Source: Planctomycetota bacterium
GTDB taxonomy: Bacteria > Planctomycetota > B15-G4 > JADJEK01
Length of the DNA: 59,403 nt
Assembly: GCA_044225365.1 (NCBI GenBank)
Contig: JBGAIQ010000032.1
Span: forward strand, 1 to 59,403
Direction of reading: 5' to 3'
Positions 9,609 to 19,648 of the stretch are shown here, in pieces. The first letter of the stretch is position 1. Each line of letters starts with the position of its first letter. Both the position numbers and the translations under genes were made by a program. The notes beneath the pieces are model-generated. The model made no database searches. It had not been told where the DNA came from and saw nothing but the letters and a program-made list of their open reading frames with translations.

Positions 9609-11222
9609 TCAATCGCACTTGAAGCTGCACACCAGGTTCGCGAGCGATTGCGAGATGCGGGAGAGTTCGGACGACGCCGAATGGGCTTCTGCCGCGCACG
9701 TCGACCCGTCCTTCGCGCAAGTCTCCAGGTCGTGTACCTGCAGACGGATGTGCTCGGCCGTCGAGACGATCTCCGAGACGCAGCGTGAGATCGCGCTGCA
9801 CTCCGAGTCCTGACGACTCGCGGCATCGGCGAAACTGAACATGTTCTTCGACATCGCATCGATGATCTCGCGGATGCTCTCGATCGCGCGATGAGTCGCA
9901 TCGGAATCCGCTCGGATCTGCTTCACCTGCTTCTCGATGTCGATCGTCGCGGTCGCGGAACCCTTCGCGAGCTCTTTCACTTCGGTCGCCACGACGGCGA
10001 ATCCCTTGCCGGCCTCGCCGGCACGCGCGGCTTCGATCGTCGCGTTGAGCGCGAGGAGGTTGGTCTGCTCGGCGATCGACGTGATCACCTTGAGCACGTT
10101 GCCGATCTCCCGGCTCGCCTGGGCGAGGCGGATGATCGTTTCGCCGGCCTTCGATGCCTCGTCCACGGCCGAACGGCTGTTGGCCGAGGCGTTCCCCGCG
10201 TCGGTCTTGGCGACGTTCATTTCCTTCGCGAGCCGTTCGGCCCCTTCGGCGGCCTGCTCGAGGTTGTTGTGGATCGTCTTCGTTCCGTCGGAGACGGTGT
10301 TCGTGCGCTCCGCCGTGACGCGCGCCGAGCCAGCGATTCGCTCGCCGATCCCGAGGATCTGCTGCGAGGTCGAGGCGAGAGCCACCGATTGCTGCACGAT
10401 CTGCCGGACCATCGCCTGCTGCCGACTCATGAAATCGTTGAACGCGCGGGAGAGGTCCCCAAACTCATCGTTGCGCCACGCGGGCAGACGGAGCGTCAAG
10501 TCCGCCGCCCCGCTCGCCATCTCGCGCAGTTTCACGGCGGTATCGACGAGCGGTTTGCGAAGAGTGATGAAGACGAGGTAGGCGAGGAAGAGAAGCGCTG
10601 CGATTCCGAAGACGAGGCCACCGACGATCGCGAGTTCGCTCGAATTGCGCGCAGACGACTCGGCGTGAGCTTCGTCCGCAGCGCGCTCGGCAAGTCGTGC
10701 TCCGGCTCCGTCGATCGAGTCGCGAAGCTGCTCGAAATCCTTGTCGTTCGCTCCGAGCGCGATGTCGACGGCCTTTCCACGCGATTCGGTCGAGTCGGTC
10801 GCGAGCAGTGCGAGGACTTCTTCGTCTCCCGCGACGAACGATCGCAAGTTGTCCTCGATCTTCGCCGCGTCCGCCGAGAGTCCTGCGTCCTCGCTGAATC
10901 CGATGAGCTTCTTCACACCCGAGCGAGCGCTCGTGAGCGACGCTTCGCGATGCGATCGCAGTCTCGCCGCCGAGTCCGACTTCGGTGAAATCAGGAGCAG
11001 GGCGCGTGTATCCGCCCGTGCTTCCGATAGGTCGCACCGGACGCTCAAGAGATCGATGGCGCGGGGCAGGCTCGCCTCCGCCATCTGTCGCGCAGCGGTC
11101 TCCGCGCTGCGCATGGCGCGGTCGCCGATCCCGGCGATCACGAACATGAGGAAAGCGGCGAATCCTGCGAGGAGGATCAGCTTCGCTTTGATCTCGAGGC
11201 GGTGGATCCACTGCTTCAGCAT
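9609..11222 (-). CDS. Methyl-accepting chemotaxis protein
   Basis: Two TM segments, HAMP ([11 protein letters not shown]), signalling hairpin [37 protein letters not shown]. Confidence 0.95.
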   Translation of the reverse strand: MLKQWIHRLEIKAKLILLAGFAAFLMFVIAGIGDRAMRSAETAARQMAEASLPRAIDLLSVRCDLSEARADTRALLLISPKSDSAARLRSHREASLTSARSGVKKLIGFSEDAGLSADAAKIEDNLRSFVAGDEEVLALLATDSTESRGKAVDIALGANDKDFEQLRDSIDGAGARLAERAADEAHAESSARNSSELAIVGGLVFGIAALLFLAYLVFITLRKPLVDTAVKLREMASGAADLTLRLPAWRNDEFGDLSRAFNDFMSRQQAMVRQIVQQSVALASTSQQILGIGERIAGSARVTAERTNTVSDGTKTIHNNLEQAAEGAERLAKEMNVAKTDAGNASANSRSAVDEASKAGETIIRLAQASREIGNVLKVITSIAEQTNLLALNATIEAARAGEAGKGFAVVATEVKELAKGSATATIDIEKQVKQIRADSDATHRAIESIREIIDAMSKNMFSFADAASRQDSECSAISRCVSEIVSTAEHIRLQVHDLETCAKDGSTCAAEAHSASSELSRISQSLANLVCSFKCD

Positions 11223-11511
11223 CGTTCGAACTCGCGTGGCATCGAGCTCGCCCTGCAAGGTGGCGCTCCGATGCAAGGGGTTCGCACGGAGTGCTCCTCG
11301 GCACAGGGATACTCGGGCCGATCTCGATATCGGACACGCCGAACGCCAATCCTTAGTCTGCGGCAGCGAGCTGGAAAACCACCTCTCTCCATGCCGCATA
11401 TGTGAAACACGACCAGCGGTCGAGCGTCCGCGCGAGGCGTATCGGCGCACCGAGAGGTCCGCCACAAAAGCTGCGCCATTCTCGATCGAGCCCATTACGC
11501 TAGTCAGCGAA

Positions 11512-12789
11512 ATGGCGATGCTTGCTACCTCGAACGATTGGACGAGATCGACAGCGACGCTGTCGGCGCTCCTCGTCCTGCTCACGGTCCTTGCCTGCGA
11601 CCGCCTCGACTCCTCCCCCGCCGCATCGGTGCCGACCCCCACCGCGAGCGAATCCGAGGCTCTCGTCGTGAAAGTGGTCGATATCGCGCCGCAGCCATGG
11701 CCCACGACCTTGCGGGTCACCGGAAGCATCGAGGTCGACGAACGATCGGCACTCGGTGCGAAGATCGCGGGCCGGATCGCGGAGATCCTCGTCGATGTCG
11801 GGTCCGAGGTGAAGACTGGGGACCTCGTCGCGCGGCTCGACGACGTCGATGCTCGCCTGCGCGTTTCGCAAGTGACCTCCCTCGTCCGCCAAGCGCGCGC
11901 CTTGCTCGGTCTGCCCCTCGACGGCGATTCCGACGCGATCGAGTCCGAGGACACCGCCAAGGTCCGCCTCGCGCGCGCCGTGCTGGCCGATGCCGCCGCG
12001 AAACGCGCGCGCGCCGAGACCCTTCACGAACAAGATGCGCTCGACGATGCCGAGCGGGACGAGGCGATCGCCGCCGAGAAGGTCGCGCAGGAGCAGGTGC
12101 AGACCGCGCTGCAGGAGATCACGAATCTTCGCGGCGCACTCGAACAGCGACGCGCCGAACTCGCCATCAGCAAGCAGCAGCTCTCGGATACCGAGATCCG
12201 AGCTCCGTACGACGGCGTCGTCATGCAGCGTCTCGCGGGTCGGGGCGACTTCGTGACCGTGGGGACCCCGATCGTCGCTCTCTCCCGCGTCGATCCGATG
12301 CGGCTTCGTCTCGAGGTGAACGAGAGCGACGCGCCTCGCGTGATGTTCGGGCAGAAGGTCGAGTTCACGGTGCAAGGCGATCCGACGTCGTATTCTGCGG
12401 TGGTGAGCCGACTGCCTCCCGAACTCAACCCTCGCAATCGCTCGCTGATCGTCGAAGCGGCGGTCGAGAATCCTCCGCGGCACGACGACGCGAAGGGCAC
12501 TACCTTTCGGGCGCTGCGCGGCGCGTCTTTCGTTCGTGCCTCGATCGTCGTCGACGACAAGGCATCGGTGATCGCCGTTCCCGAGACTGCGCTGCGACGC
12601 TTCGCGGGCGTCGATCGAGTGCTCGTCGTCGAGAACGGCAAGGCGAAGGAAGTCCTCGTCGCGGTCGGACGACAGGATGGCGCTCGTCGCGAGATCACGA
12701 GTGGGCTCTTGGCGGGCGCGCGCGTGATCGTGGAACCAGGAAGCCTGCAGACCGGACGAGCCGTGCGCCCCGTGCCGATGACGAACTGA
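11512..12789 (+). CDS. RND efflux periplasmic adaptor (MFP) lipoprotein
   Basis: Lipobox VLAC. Motifs [24 protein letters not shown] and [10 protein letters not shown]. Directly precedes the RND permease. Confidence 0.93.
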   Translation: MAMLATSNDWTRSTATLSALLVLLTVLACDRLDSSPAASVPTPTASESEALVVKVVDIAPQPWPTTLRVTGSIEVDERSALGAKIAGRIAEILVDVGSEVKTGDLVARLDDVDARLRVSQVTSLVRQARALLGLPLDGDSDAIESEDTAKVRLARAVLADAAAKRARAETLHEQDALDDAERDEAIAAEKVAQEQVQTALQEITNLRGALEQRRAELAISKQQLSDTEIRAPYDGVVMQRLAGRGDFVTVGTPIVALSRVDPMRLRLEVNESDAPRVMFGQKVEFTVQGDPTSYSAVVSRLPPELNPRNRSLIVEAAVENPPRHDDAKGTTFRALRGASFVRASIVVDDKASVIAVPETALRRFAGVDRVLVVENGKAKEVLVAVGRQDGARREITSGLLAGARVIVEPGSLQTGRAVRPVPMTN

Positions 12790-12790
12790 C

Positions 12791-15700
12791 ATGCAGAAGC
12801 TCGCCGAACTGTGCATTCGACGGCCGGTGTTCGCGTCGATGCTGATCCTCACGCTCGTCGTGATCGGAGCCGCCTCGTACGTGCGCCTCGGAGTCGATCG
12901 CTTTCCTGCCGTCGACGTACCGACCGTCTCCGTTCGCACGTCCTTGCCGGGCGCGGCACCCGAAGAAGTGGAGACCCAGGTCTCGCAGAAGATCGAGGAA
13001 GTCGTCAACACGGTCGAGGGCATCGATCAGTTGCGATCCATCTCGGGCCCCGGGCAGTCCGTCGTGATGATCACCTTCCTGCTCGGTCGCGATATCGATG
13101 CGGCAACACAGGACGTGCGCGATCGCGTCGCGACGGTGCTTCGAGATCTGCCACGAGAGGCCGATCCGCCCATCGTTTCGAAGTTCGACAACGATCAAAC
13201 GCCGGTCGTGACGATCGCGCTCTCGTGCGACAGACCGCTGCGGGAGATCACGGAGATCGCCGACAAGCTCGTGAAGATCCCGCTCGAGCGCGTGACCGGG
13301 GTCGGCGAGGTGAAGATCGTCGGCGGCCTGGAACGTGCGATCTCGATCTGGGTCGATCCCGATCGGCTCGCGGCCTACCAGATCCCGATCACGGCGGTTC
13401 GCACGGCGATCCAGAACCAGAACGCAGAAGTCCCGGGTGGCAACGTCACGGGGCCCATCCACGAACAGTCGCTGCGAACACTCGGGCGCCTCGCCGATCC
13501 AGCGCACTTCGAGGATCTCGTCATCGCGACGATCGAAGGCGCGCCGATCCGCGTACGCGATGTCGGCCGCGCCGAAGACGGCACGAAGGAGCGTCGCAGC
13601 GTTGCGACGCTCGACGGGAAGCCCACCGTCACGCTCGAGATCCGCCGTCAATCGGGCGCCAATACGATCGCAGTGATCGAGGAAGTGAAGGCGCGCCTCG
13701 CGTCGCTCCGCGCCGACATCCCGCAGGACATTCGGCTCGAAGTGATCCGCGACCAATCGCGCTTCATCTACGAGGCGATGCACGAGATCAACACGCATCT
13801 CGTTCTCGGCAGTCTGCTCGCGTGCCTCGTCGTTCTCCTGTTCATGAAGGACTGGCGCTCGACCTTCATCGCCGGCATCGCGATCCCGACCTCGGTGATC
13901 TCGGCCTTCGGCGCCATGGCGGCCTTCGGGTTCACGCTGAACAGCGTCACGATGCTCGCACTCGTGTTGATGGTCGGCATCATCATCGACGACGCGATCG
14001 TCGTCCTCGAGAACATCTTCCGCAACGTCGAGGAGAAGGGCCTCGATTCGTTCGAGGCGGCACGCGAGGGCACGCGCGAGATCGGGCTCGCCGTGCTCGC
14101 GACGACGTTCTCGCTCGCCGTGATCTTCATCCCCGTCTCGTTCATGAGCAGCATCTCGGGACGCTTCTTGCATCAGTTCGGGATCACGGCGGCCGCCTCC
14201 GTGCTGGTATCGCTGCTCGTGTCGTTCACCCTCACTCCGATGATGAGCGCTCGCCTCTTGCGCGGGGTCAAGGCGAACGGACCCCTCGGCAAGCCGAGCA
14301 CCGTCGCTCACTCTCGACGCGGGCTCTACGGACTGATCGAGCGCGCCTACATGGCGATGCTGCGCGGCGCGATGCGCTTTCGATTCATCACGGTGATCCT
14401 GGTCATCTCGACGATCTCGAGCATTCCCTGGCTGTATTCGCACGTACGCCAGGAGTACATACCGAGCGATGTCGACGAAGCCGAGTTCGATGTCAACGTC
14501 ACCGCGCCCGAGGGTCTGGCGGTCGGCGGAATGGAAGAGGTGATGCGAGCCGTCGACGCGGAGATCAGAGCCACTCCGCAGGTGCGACTCGTGCTGTCGA
14601 CGGTCGGCGGTGGCTACATCGGCGGCCCGAACACGGCTCAACTCTACGTGAGGATCGCACCGCACGAGGAGCGGCGTTTCTCGATCGCTCGGCTCGTGAA
14701 AGCGACGATGCACGGCGACCCGATGGCCGCGTTCCGGGGCAACATCGCGCAACGCGACGTGATGTCGGACCTTCGCAGGCGCCTCGCAAAGTTCAAGGAG
14801 CTGCGATGCTCGGTGCGCAACGCGCCGTCGTTCTCGCTCGGTGGCGGACCTTTCGAGATCGACTTCGGAATCGTCGGTCCGGACCTGGTCTCGCTCGCGA
14901 ACTACGCCGATCGCTTGCGCGAGAAGACGAAGGAGCTGGGCGGAATCGTCGACGTGGACACCACGCTGAAGCTGACGAAGCCCGAACTCCGCGTGAACAT
15001 CGATCGCGACCGCGCGGCGGATCTCGGTGTCGAAGTGTCCGACATCGCCACCGCACTTCGCGTGATGGTCGGTGGCGACGAGCGCGTGTCGCGTTTCCGG
15101 GACGCGAACCTGAATGACGACTACGACGTACAGATCCGGCTCGACGAGCAGTGGCGGGCCGATGCCGCGACGGTGTCACGCCTCTACGTGCCGAGCCAGT
15201 CCGGGCAGCTCGTGCGACTCGACAATCTCGTGCGATTCGAGACCGCGCAGGCGGCGTCGCGGATCGATCGTCTCGATCGTCAGCGCGTCGTGAGTCTGCG
15301 CGCTTCCGTTGCTCCCGGATTCGCCCTCGGCGATCGACTCGCGGCGCTGCGCGGCGCATTCGCCGAGATGAACCTGCCCACCACCTACGGCACTAGGATC
15401 TCCGGCCGCGGACGCGAACTCGAGCGCACCGGTGTCGAGTTCTTGTGGGCTTTCCTGCTGTCGATCGTGTTCATGTACATCATCCTCGCGATGCAGTTCG
15501 AGAGCATCACGCATCCGTTGACGATCCTGCTGTCGCTCCCGCTCGCGCTTCCGTTCGGACTCCTCTCGCTGTACGGGACGAACAACACGCTGAACTTGTA
15601 TTCCGCGCTCGGCGTACTCGTGCTGTTCGGTGTCGTGAAGAAGAACGCGATCCTGCAAATCGATCACACCAACAAGCTGCGCGAAGCAGGCAAGCCGCGC

Positions 15701-15928
15701 ATGGAAGCGATCCTCGAAGCGAATCGGGATCGCCTGCGCCCGATCCTCATGACGACCTTCGCGCTCGTCGCGGGCATGCTGCCGCTCGCGGTCGGCACGG
15801 GCCCCGGATCCGAAGAACGCCGCGCGATCGCGGTCGTCGTCATCGGCGGGCAGTTGCTCTCGCTCCTGCTGACGCTCCTCGTCACGCCCGTCGCGTACTC
15901 GTTGTTCGACGACGTGCGCCGCCGCTGA
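12791..15928 (+). CDS. RND efflux permease (AcrB/MdtB family)
   Basis: 1045 aa. Motifs IRRPVFA, GIIIDDAIVVLENI, GVVKKNAIL, RLRPILMTT. Confidence 0.97.
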   Translation: MQKLAELCIRRPVFASMLILTLVVIGAASYVRLGVDRFPAVDVPTVSVRTSLPGAAPEEVETQVSQKIEEVVNTVEGIDQLRSISGPGQSVVMITFLLGRDIDAATQDVRDRVATVLRDLPREADPPIVSKFDNDQTPVVTIALSCDRPLREITEIADKLVKIPLERVTGVGEVKIVGGLERAISIWVDPDRLAAYQIPITAVRTAIQNQNAEVPGGNVTGPIHEQSLRTLGRLADPAHFEDLVIATIEGAPIRVRDVGRAEDGTKERRSVATLDGKPTVTLEIRRQSGANTIAVIEEVKARLASLRADIPQDIRLEVIRDQSRFIYEAMHEINTHLVLGSLLACLVVLLFMKDWRSTFIAGIAIPTSVISAFGAMAAFGFTLNSVTMLALVLMVGIIIDDAIVVLENIFRNVEEKGLDSFEAAREGTREIGLAVLATTFSLAVIFIPVSFMSSISGRFLHQFGITAAASVLVSLLVSFTLTPMMSARLLRGVKANGPLGKPSTVAHSRRGLYGLIERAYMAMLRGAMRFRFITVILVISTISSIPWLYSHVRQEYIPSDVDEAEFDVNVTAPEGLAVGGMEEVMRAVDAEIRATPQVRLVLSTVGGGYIGGPNTAQLYVRIAPHEERRFSIARLVKATMHGDPMAAFRGNIAQRDVMSDLRRRLAKFKELRCSVRNAPSFSLGGGPFEIDFGIVGPDLVSLANYADRLREKTKELGGIVDVDTTLKLTKPELRVNIDRDRAADLGVEVSDIATALRVMVGGDERVSRFRDANLNDDYDVQIRLDEQWRADAATVSRLYVPSQSGQLVRLDNLVRFETAQAASRIDRLDRQRVVSLRASVAPGFALGDRLAALRGAFAEMNLPTTYGTRISGRGRELERTGVEFLWAFLLSIVFMYIILAMQFESITHPLTILLSLPLALPFGLLSLYGTNNTLNLYSALGVLVLFGVVKKNAILQIDHTNKLREAGKPRMEAILEANRDRLRPILMTTFALVAGMLPLAVGTGPGSEERRAIAVVVIGGQLLSLLLTLLVTPVAYSLFDDVRRR

Positions 15929-16031
15929 CCGCCGGGCTCTGCCCGGCATATGGGTATCTTCCGGGGACCGCCGGGCTCTGCCCGGCATATGGGTATGGGA
16001 AGTCGGATGCCACGCTGGAGCGTGGCGGTCC
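15927..16031. repeat. REP/BIME-like cluster 1 (3 palindromic units)
   Basis: Two copies of GACCGCCGGGCTCTGCCCGGCATATGGGTAT, plus inverted ATGCCACGCTGGAGCGTGGCGGTCC, between convergent genes. Confidence 0.9.
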
Positions 16032-16036
16032 GGGGC

Positions 16037-18013
16037 CTACGAGCCCATCAACCGCTTGACGTCCTCGGCGATCGCGTCGGCCCAGATCTGATAACCCTTC
16101 GGCGACAGATGCAGGAAGTCCGGCATGATCTCGGGCGACAGCGAGCCGTCCTTCTCGGAGAGACTCGCGCCGATGTCCTTGAAGAACACGCGCCGATCGT
16201 CGGCGAACTTCGCGATCATCCCATTCAGCTCGATGATCTGCGCGCGGAACGGGTCGTTCGCGGACTGGCCGCGCGGGAACACGCCGAGCAGCAGGACCTT
16301 CACCTTCGGCCACGTCGTCAGCATGTCGTTCAGCACGAGGCGCACGCCGTCCGCGGTCTCCTTAGGCGTGTGCTTCACGTTGCCGAGGTTGTTGGTGCCG
16401 ATGAGGAGCACCGCGACCTTGGGATGGATCCCGTCGTAGTGGCCGGATTGGAAGCGATACGCAACGTGCTCGGTCTCGTCGCCCGAGACTCCGAGGTCGA
16501 TCGCGGAGAGCGGCGCGAATCGCTCGTCCCACACCGCCTTGCCGTTGCCCTCCCAGCCTTCGGTGATCGAATCGCCGACGAAGGCAATGTTGGCGTCGTG
16601 CTCGTGCGCGCGCGCCGCGATCGCGTTCATCCGCTCCTCGTAGTGCGGCGACGGCATCGTCGCGCGATGGTTTGGAACGTCGCTCATGAGATCGCGCACG
16701 TAGAGGTTCGCGAACTGGATCGGCCATCCGTGATGCTGCAGTGCGATCGGCCCGCGCGCCTTCACGCCCGGCAGCTCCACGTTCTCGATCACCGTCTTGC
16801 CGTTCAGGATCACCGTGAGATGGCTGCCGCGCATCGTGATGATGAAGCGGTTCCACTCGCCGATCGGCGCGTCGGCGGTCTCCTTCGGAGTGCACGCCGC
16901 TCGAATCTCGGGAGAGAGCGTCATGTCGTTGCGGTAGCCCCAGATCTCGCCGGAGCCGACGGGCCAGCACCAGATGTTGATCTGGGACTTGGAGTCACCG
17001 CGCAGGAAGATGCCGCTGTCGCCGGCCTCCTTGATGTGAACGACCTTCGGATTCCCGGCCGCGTCCTTCGCCGTCTCGCCGTTGCGCTTCACGTCGGGGA
17101 CGTCGATGTCGTGCACTGCGCCGCTCCAGCGCCAATCGGCGATGAGTTCGAAGTCGGAGAACTCCTCCTCGCTCCACAGGTCCTGACCCTTTCCGTCGTA
17201 GTCGAGGACCCAGTCGCTGACCTTCCAGTGCTGCGCATTCTCCGGCGTCGCTTTCCAGCCCGTGAGGTCCTTGCCGTTGAACAGACTGCGGAAACCGGGC
17301 GCATCCTTGCTCACCATGCGCGGGCCGAGCTCTCCCTTCGGCGTCATCGATGGCGGCAGCTCGGCGATCTTGATGTCCTTGAAGTTGACGAGCCCACCTT
17401 CCGACTCGAGGCAGATGTAGCCCTTGCGCGGATTGATCTCGGAACCGCCGGAGACCTCCTTGCCGTTGAGCTCCAGCTTGAGGGTGCCGTCCTTGGCGAT
17501 CACGCGATAGTGATTCCACTCCGGCGACGGCTTGCTGCGCTTCTCGCTCGGAAGGCACCGCTCCCATCCCTTCGGATGCGGTCGATCGGGCTTCATGTGC
17601 GCGCCATGGATCGCGAACATGTCGCCGTCGCTCGTGTAGTCCGCCGTCTCGATGCCGTCCATCACCTGACACTCGATCGCGCGCGTGAACGGTTGACCCT
17701 TCGCAGTGAGCGCGTCCGACCAGATGAAGAGGCCCGAGTTTCCACCCTTTTGCAGATGGCGATAATCGAGTTCGAGGATGAAGTTCTCGTACATCTTCGC
17801 GGTGCGCATCACGCCGGTCGGATGTCCGCTGCACACGATCATCCCGTCCTTCACGGTGAACGTGTCGTCGGCGCAGTTCACGTTGACCCAGCCCGTCAGA
17901 TCGACGCCGTTGAAGAGCGGCACGAATTGCGGGTCCTCGGCACGCGCGGCAGGCGCGCCGAACAGGACGAGGGAGAACACGACGGGGGCCGAAAAGCGCA
18001 GGGCCATGGGCAA
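16037..18013 (-). CDS. Exported protein with two DUF1080 domains and a C-terminal SGNH/GDSL esterase
   Basis: LFNGVDLTGW and LFNGKDLTGW, NSGLFI/DSGIFLRG, GEWN, GPIALQHHG, then GDSITEGW, LIGTNN, DFLHLS. Confidence 0.92.
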   Translation of the reverse strand: MPMALRFSAPVVFSLVLFGAPAARAEDPQFVPLFNGVDLTGWVNVNCADDTFTVKDGMIVCSGHPTGVMRTAKMYENFILELDYRHLQKGGNSGLFIWSDALTAKGQPFTRAIECQVMDGIETADYTSDGDMFAIHGAHMKPDRPHPKGWERCLPSEKRSKPSPEWNHYRVIAKDGTLKLELNGKEVSGGSEINPRKGYICLESEGGLVNFKDIKIAELPPSMTPKGELGPRMVSKDAPGFRSLFNGKDLTGWKATPENAQHWKVSDWVLDYDGKGQDLWSEEEFSDFELIADWRWSGAVHDIDVPDVKRNGETAKDAAGNPKVVHIKEAGDSGIFLRGDSKSQINIWCWPVGSGEIWGYRNDMTLSPEIRAACTPKETADAPIGEWNRFIITMRGSHLTVILNGKTVIENVELPGVKARGPIALQHHGWPIQFANLYVRDLMSDVPNHRATMPSPHYEERMNAIAARAHEHDANIAFVGDSITEGWEGNGKAVWDERFAPLSAIDLGVSGDETEHVAYRFQSGHYDGIHPKVAVLLIGTNNLGNVKHTPKETADGVRLVLNDMLTTWPKVKVLLLGVFPRGQSANDPFRAQIIELNGMIAKFADDRRVFFKDIGASLSEKDGSLSPEIMPDFLHLSPKGYQIWADAIAEDVKRLMGS

Positions 18014-18112
18014 GTCCTCGAGTGGGAAGCCGATCGGAGCGCGATGATACCGGCCGCTCGGCTACGATGAGCCCGCTTCCATTCCATCCCACGCAACGAA
18101 TCGGACGAGACC

Positions 18113-19540
18113 ATGCGACCCGGACGCAACGATCCCTGCCCCTGCGGCAGCGGCAAGAAGTTCAAGAACTGCTGTATCGATTCGACGTCACGTCCGATGC
18201 TCGTATCGCAAGGCGATGAGACCACCGCCCTCGAGCGACTCTTCCACTTCCTCGAGGCGCCGCGACATCACGCTCGAATGGCCGATTCGATAGGCAGGAT
18301 CGTCCCGAAGCGACTCTTCGAGATCGACGACGAGGAGGCCGAGGAGGAGATCCAGAGCACGCTCGCCGAGACCCTGCAGCCCTCGCTCTTCCAGGCGCTC
18401 GACGACCTGGACGAGGAAGGCCGGAGTCTCTGCCACGAGTTCCTCGCGTCGCGCGATGCCCGCGACCTCTCGCCGTTCGAGCGCGAGTACCTCGAGCGAC
18501 TGCTGCCCACCTACCTCGGCTTGTACGAAGTCGTCGCCCCCGACGAGAAGGGCCACGAACGGGTGCGGGAGTGCGTGACGGGCGAGGTGTTCACGTTGCG
18601 GCAGGGCGATCGCGACCCGCTCGCCCGCTTCGAGATCCTGCTCATTCGGCTCGTGCCGCGCAGCGATGGCCTGTTCGACACCGAGGGGATGCAGCTCGTC
18701 ATGCCGACCCCGGCTCGTGACGAGTACGTCGATCTCCTGAAGTCGCTTCGCGAGGACGAAGAATTCAAGGGCCTCTCCGAGATCGCCTTTCGCAAGGCAG
18801 CGGGCGCATTGCTCTATCGGGCGTGGATCGACTCGATCCACCCCGAGGAAGCTCCCGAGATCGATGGCGACGAGGATCGCGACGAAGCGTTCGAGGATGC
18901 GGACGACGACGGGATGCTCTCCAGTCCCACTTCGGCGTTCATGATCCACGACACGATGAAGTGCCTCGAGGCGCTCTCGAAGATCTCCAACGTCGAGGCG
19001 TACGGCGATTCGGGCACCTGGTTCGTCTACGTCGAACGCACTGGGACGGATCGCTTGCACAAGTCGCGAACGCTCGCGCGAATTCGTCGCGCGGCGAACC
19101 TGATGTTGATCTCCAGTTCCACGCCGGAAGACCTCGCGCGCGTCGTCGCCGCGATCGAACCCGCGATCGATTCCTTCGCCGCACGGATCGACTCCGAGGA
19201 CGGGGACATGCCGTCGCCCGCCGACGACGCCGACAACCATGATGCGGAGGACCACGACCCGGAGGAATGCGACGTCTGCAGTGGAACCGATCCCGTCTCG
19301 CTCGAGAGCCTGAAGGCCTGGGCCGATACACGCCACCCTGGCCTACGCGGGAAGACGCCGCGGGAGGCGCTCGCCGATCCTTCGCTCCGCACGTTCACGA
19401 TCGCGCTCGCGCGGGAGCTCGAACGCGAGATCCATCAACAGGAGATCGACCGCAAGGCCGACCCGGCGCAGCGATCGTCGAAGCCGTTCGAGTTCAGCGT
19501 GCTCGCCGATCTCGGCCTCGATCCGAACGATCCGAAGTAG
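18113..19540 (+). CDS. SEC-C motif protein with a C-terminal Xre/MbcA/ParS-like motif
   Basis: N-terminal GRNDPCPCGSGKKFKNCC, acidic linkers, WADTRHPGLRGKTPREA. Confidence 0.85.
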   Translation: MRPGRNDPCPCGSGKKFKNCCIDSTSRPMLVSQGDETTALERLFHFLEAPRHHARMADSIGRIVPKRLFEIDDEEAEEEIQSTLAETLQPSLFQALDDLDEEGRSLCHEFLASRDARDLSPFEREYLERLLPTYLGLYEVVAPDEKGHERVRECVTGEVFTLRQGDRDPLARFEILLIRLVPRSDGLFDTEGMQLVMPTPARDEYVDLLKSLREDEEFKGLSEIAFRKAAGALLYRAWIDSIHPEEAPEIDGDEDRDEAFEDADDDGMLSSPTSAFMIHDTMKCLEALSKISNVEAYGDSGTWFVYVERTGTDRLHKSRTLARIRRAANLMLISSSTPEDLARVVAAIEPAIDSFAARIDSEDGDMPSPADDADNHDAEDHDPEECDVCSGTDPVSLESLKAWADTRHPGLRGKTPREALADPSLRTFTIALARELEREIHQQEIDRKADPAQRSSKPFEFSVLADLGLDPNDPK

Positions 19541-19648
19541 TCGTTCGTCAGGAAGCGGGACGCCGGGACGATTTCGTTACGTCGATATCGCGCTCGCGGC
19601 GGACAATGACCAAGGGTCCGGGTCTGCCACGGAACGCGATCGAACGCG

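Noticed and set aside
9609-11222. Chemotaxis operon
   Set aside because: Only an orphan MCP is present with no che genes, which is ordinary.
12695-18070. Long antisense or alternate-frame ORFs (for example 12695-14752, 12811-15117, 15950-18070, and similar ones across the window)
   Set aside because: Shadow ORFs expected from high-GC codon bias opposite real genes. They are Arg-rich and have no motifs.
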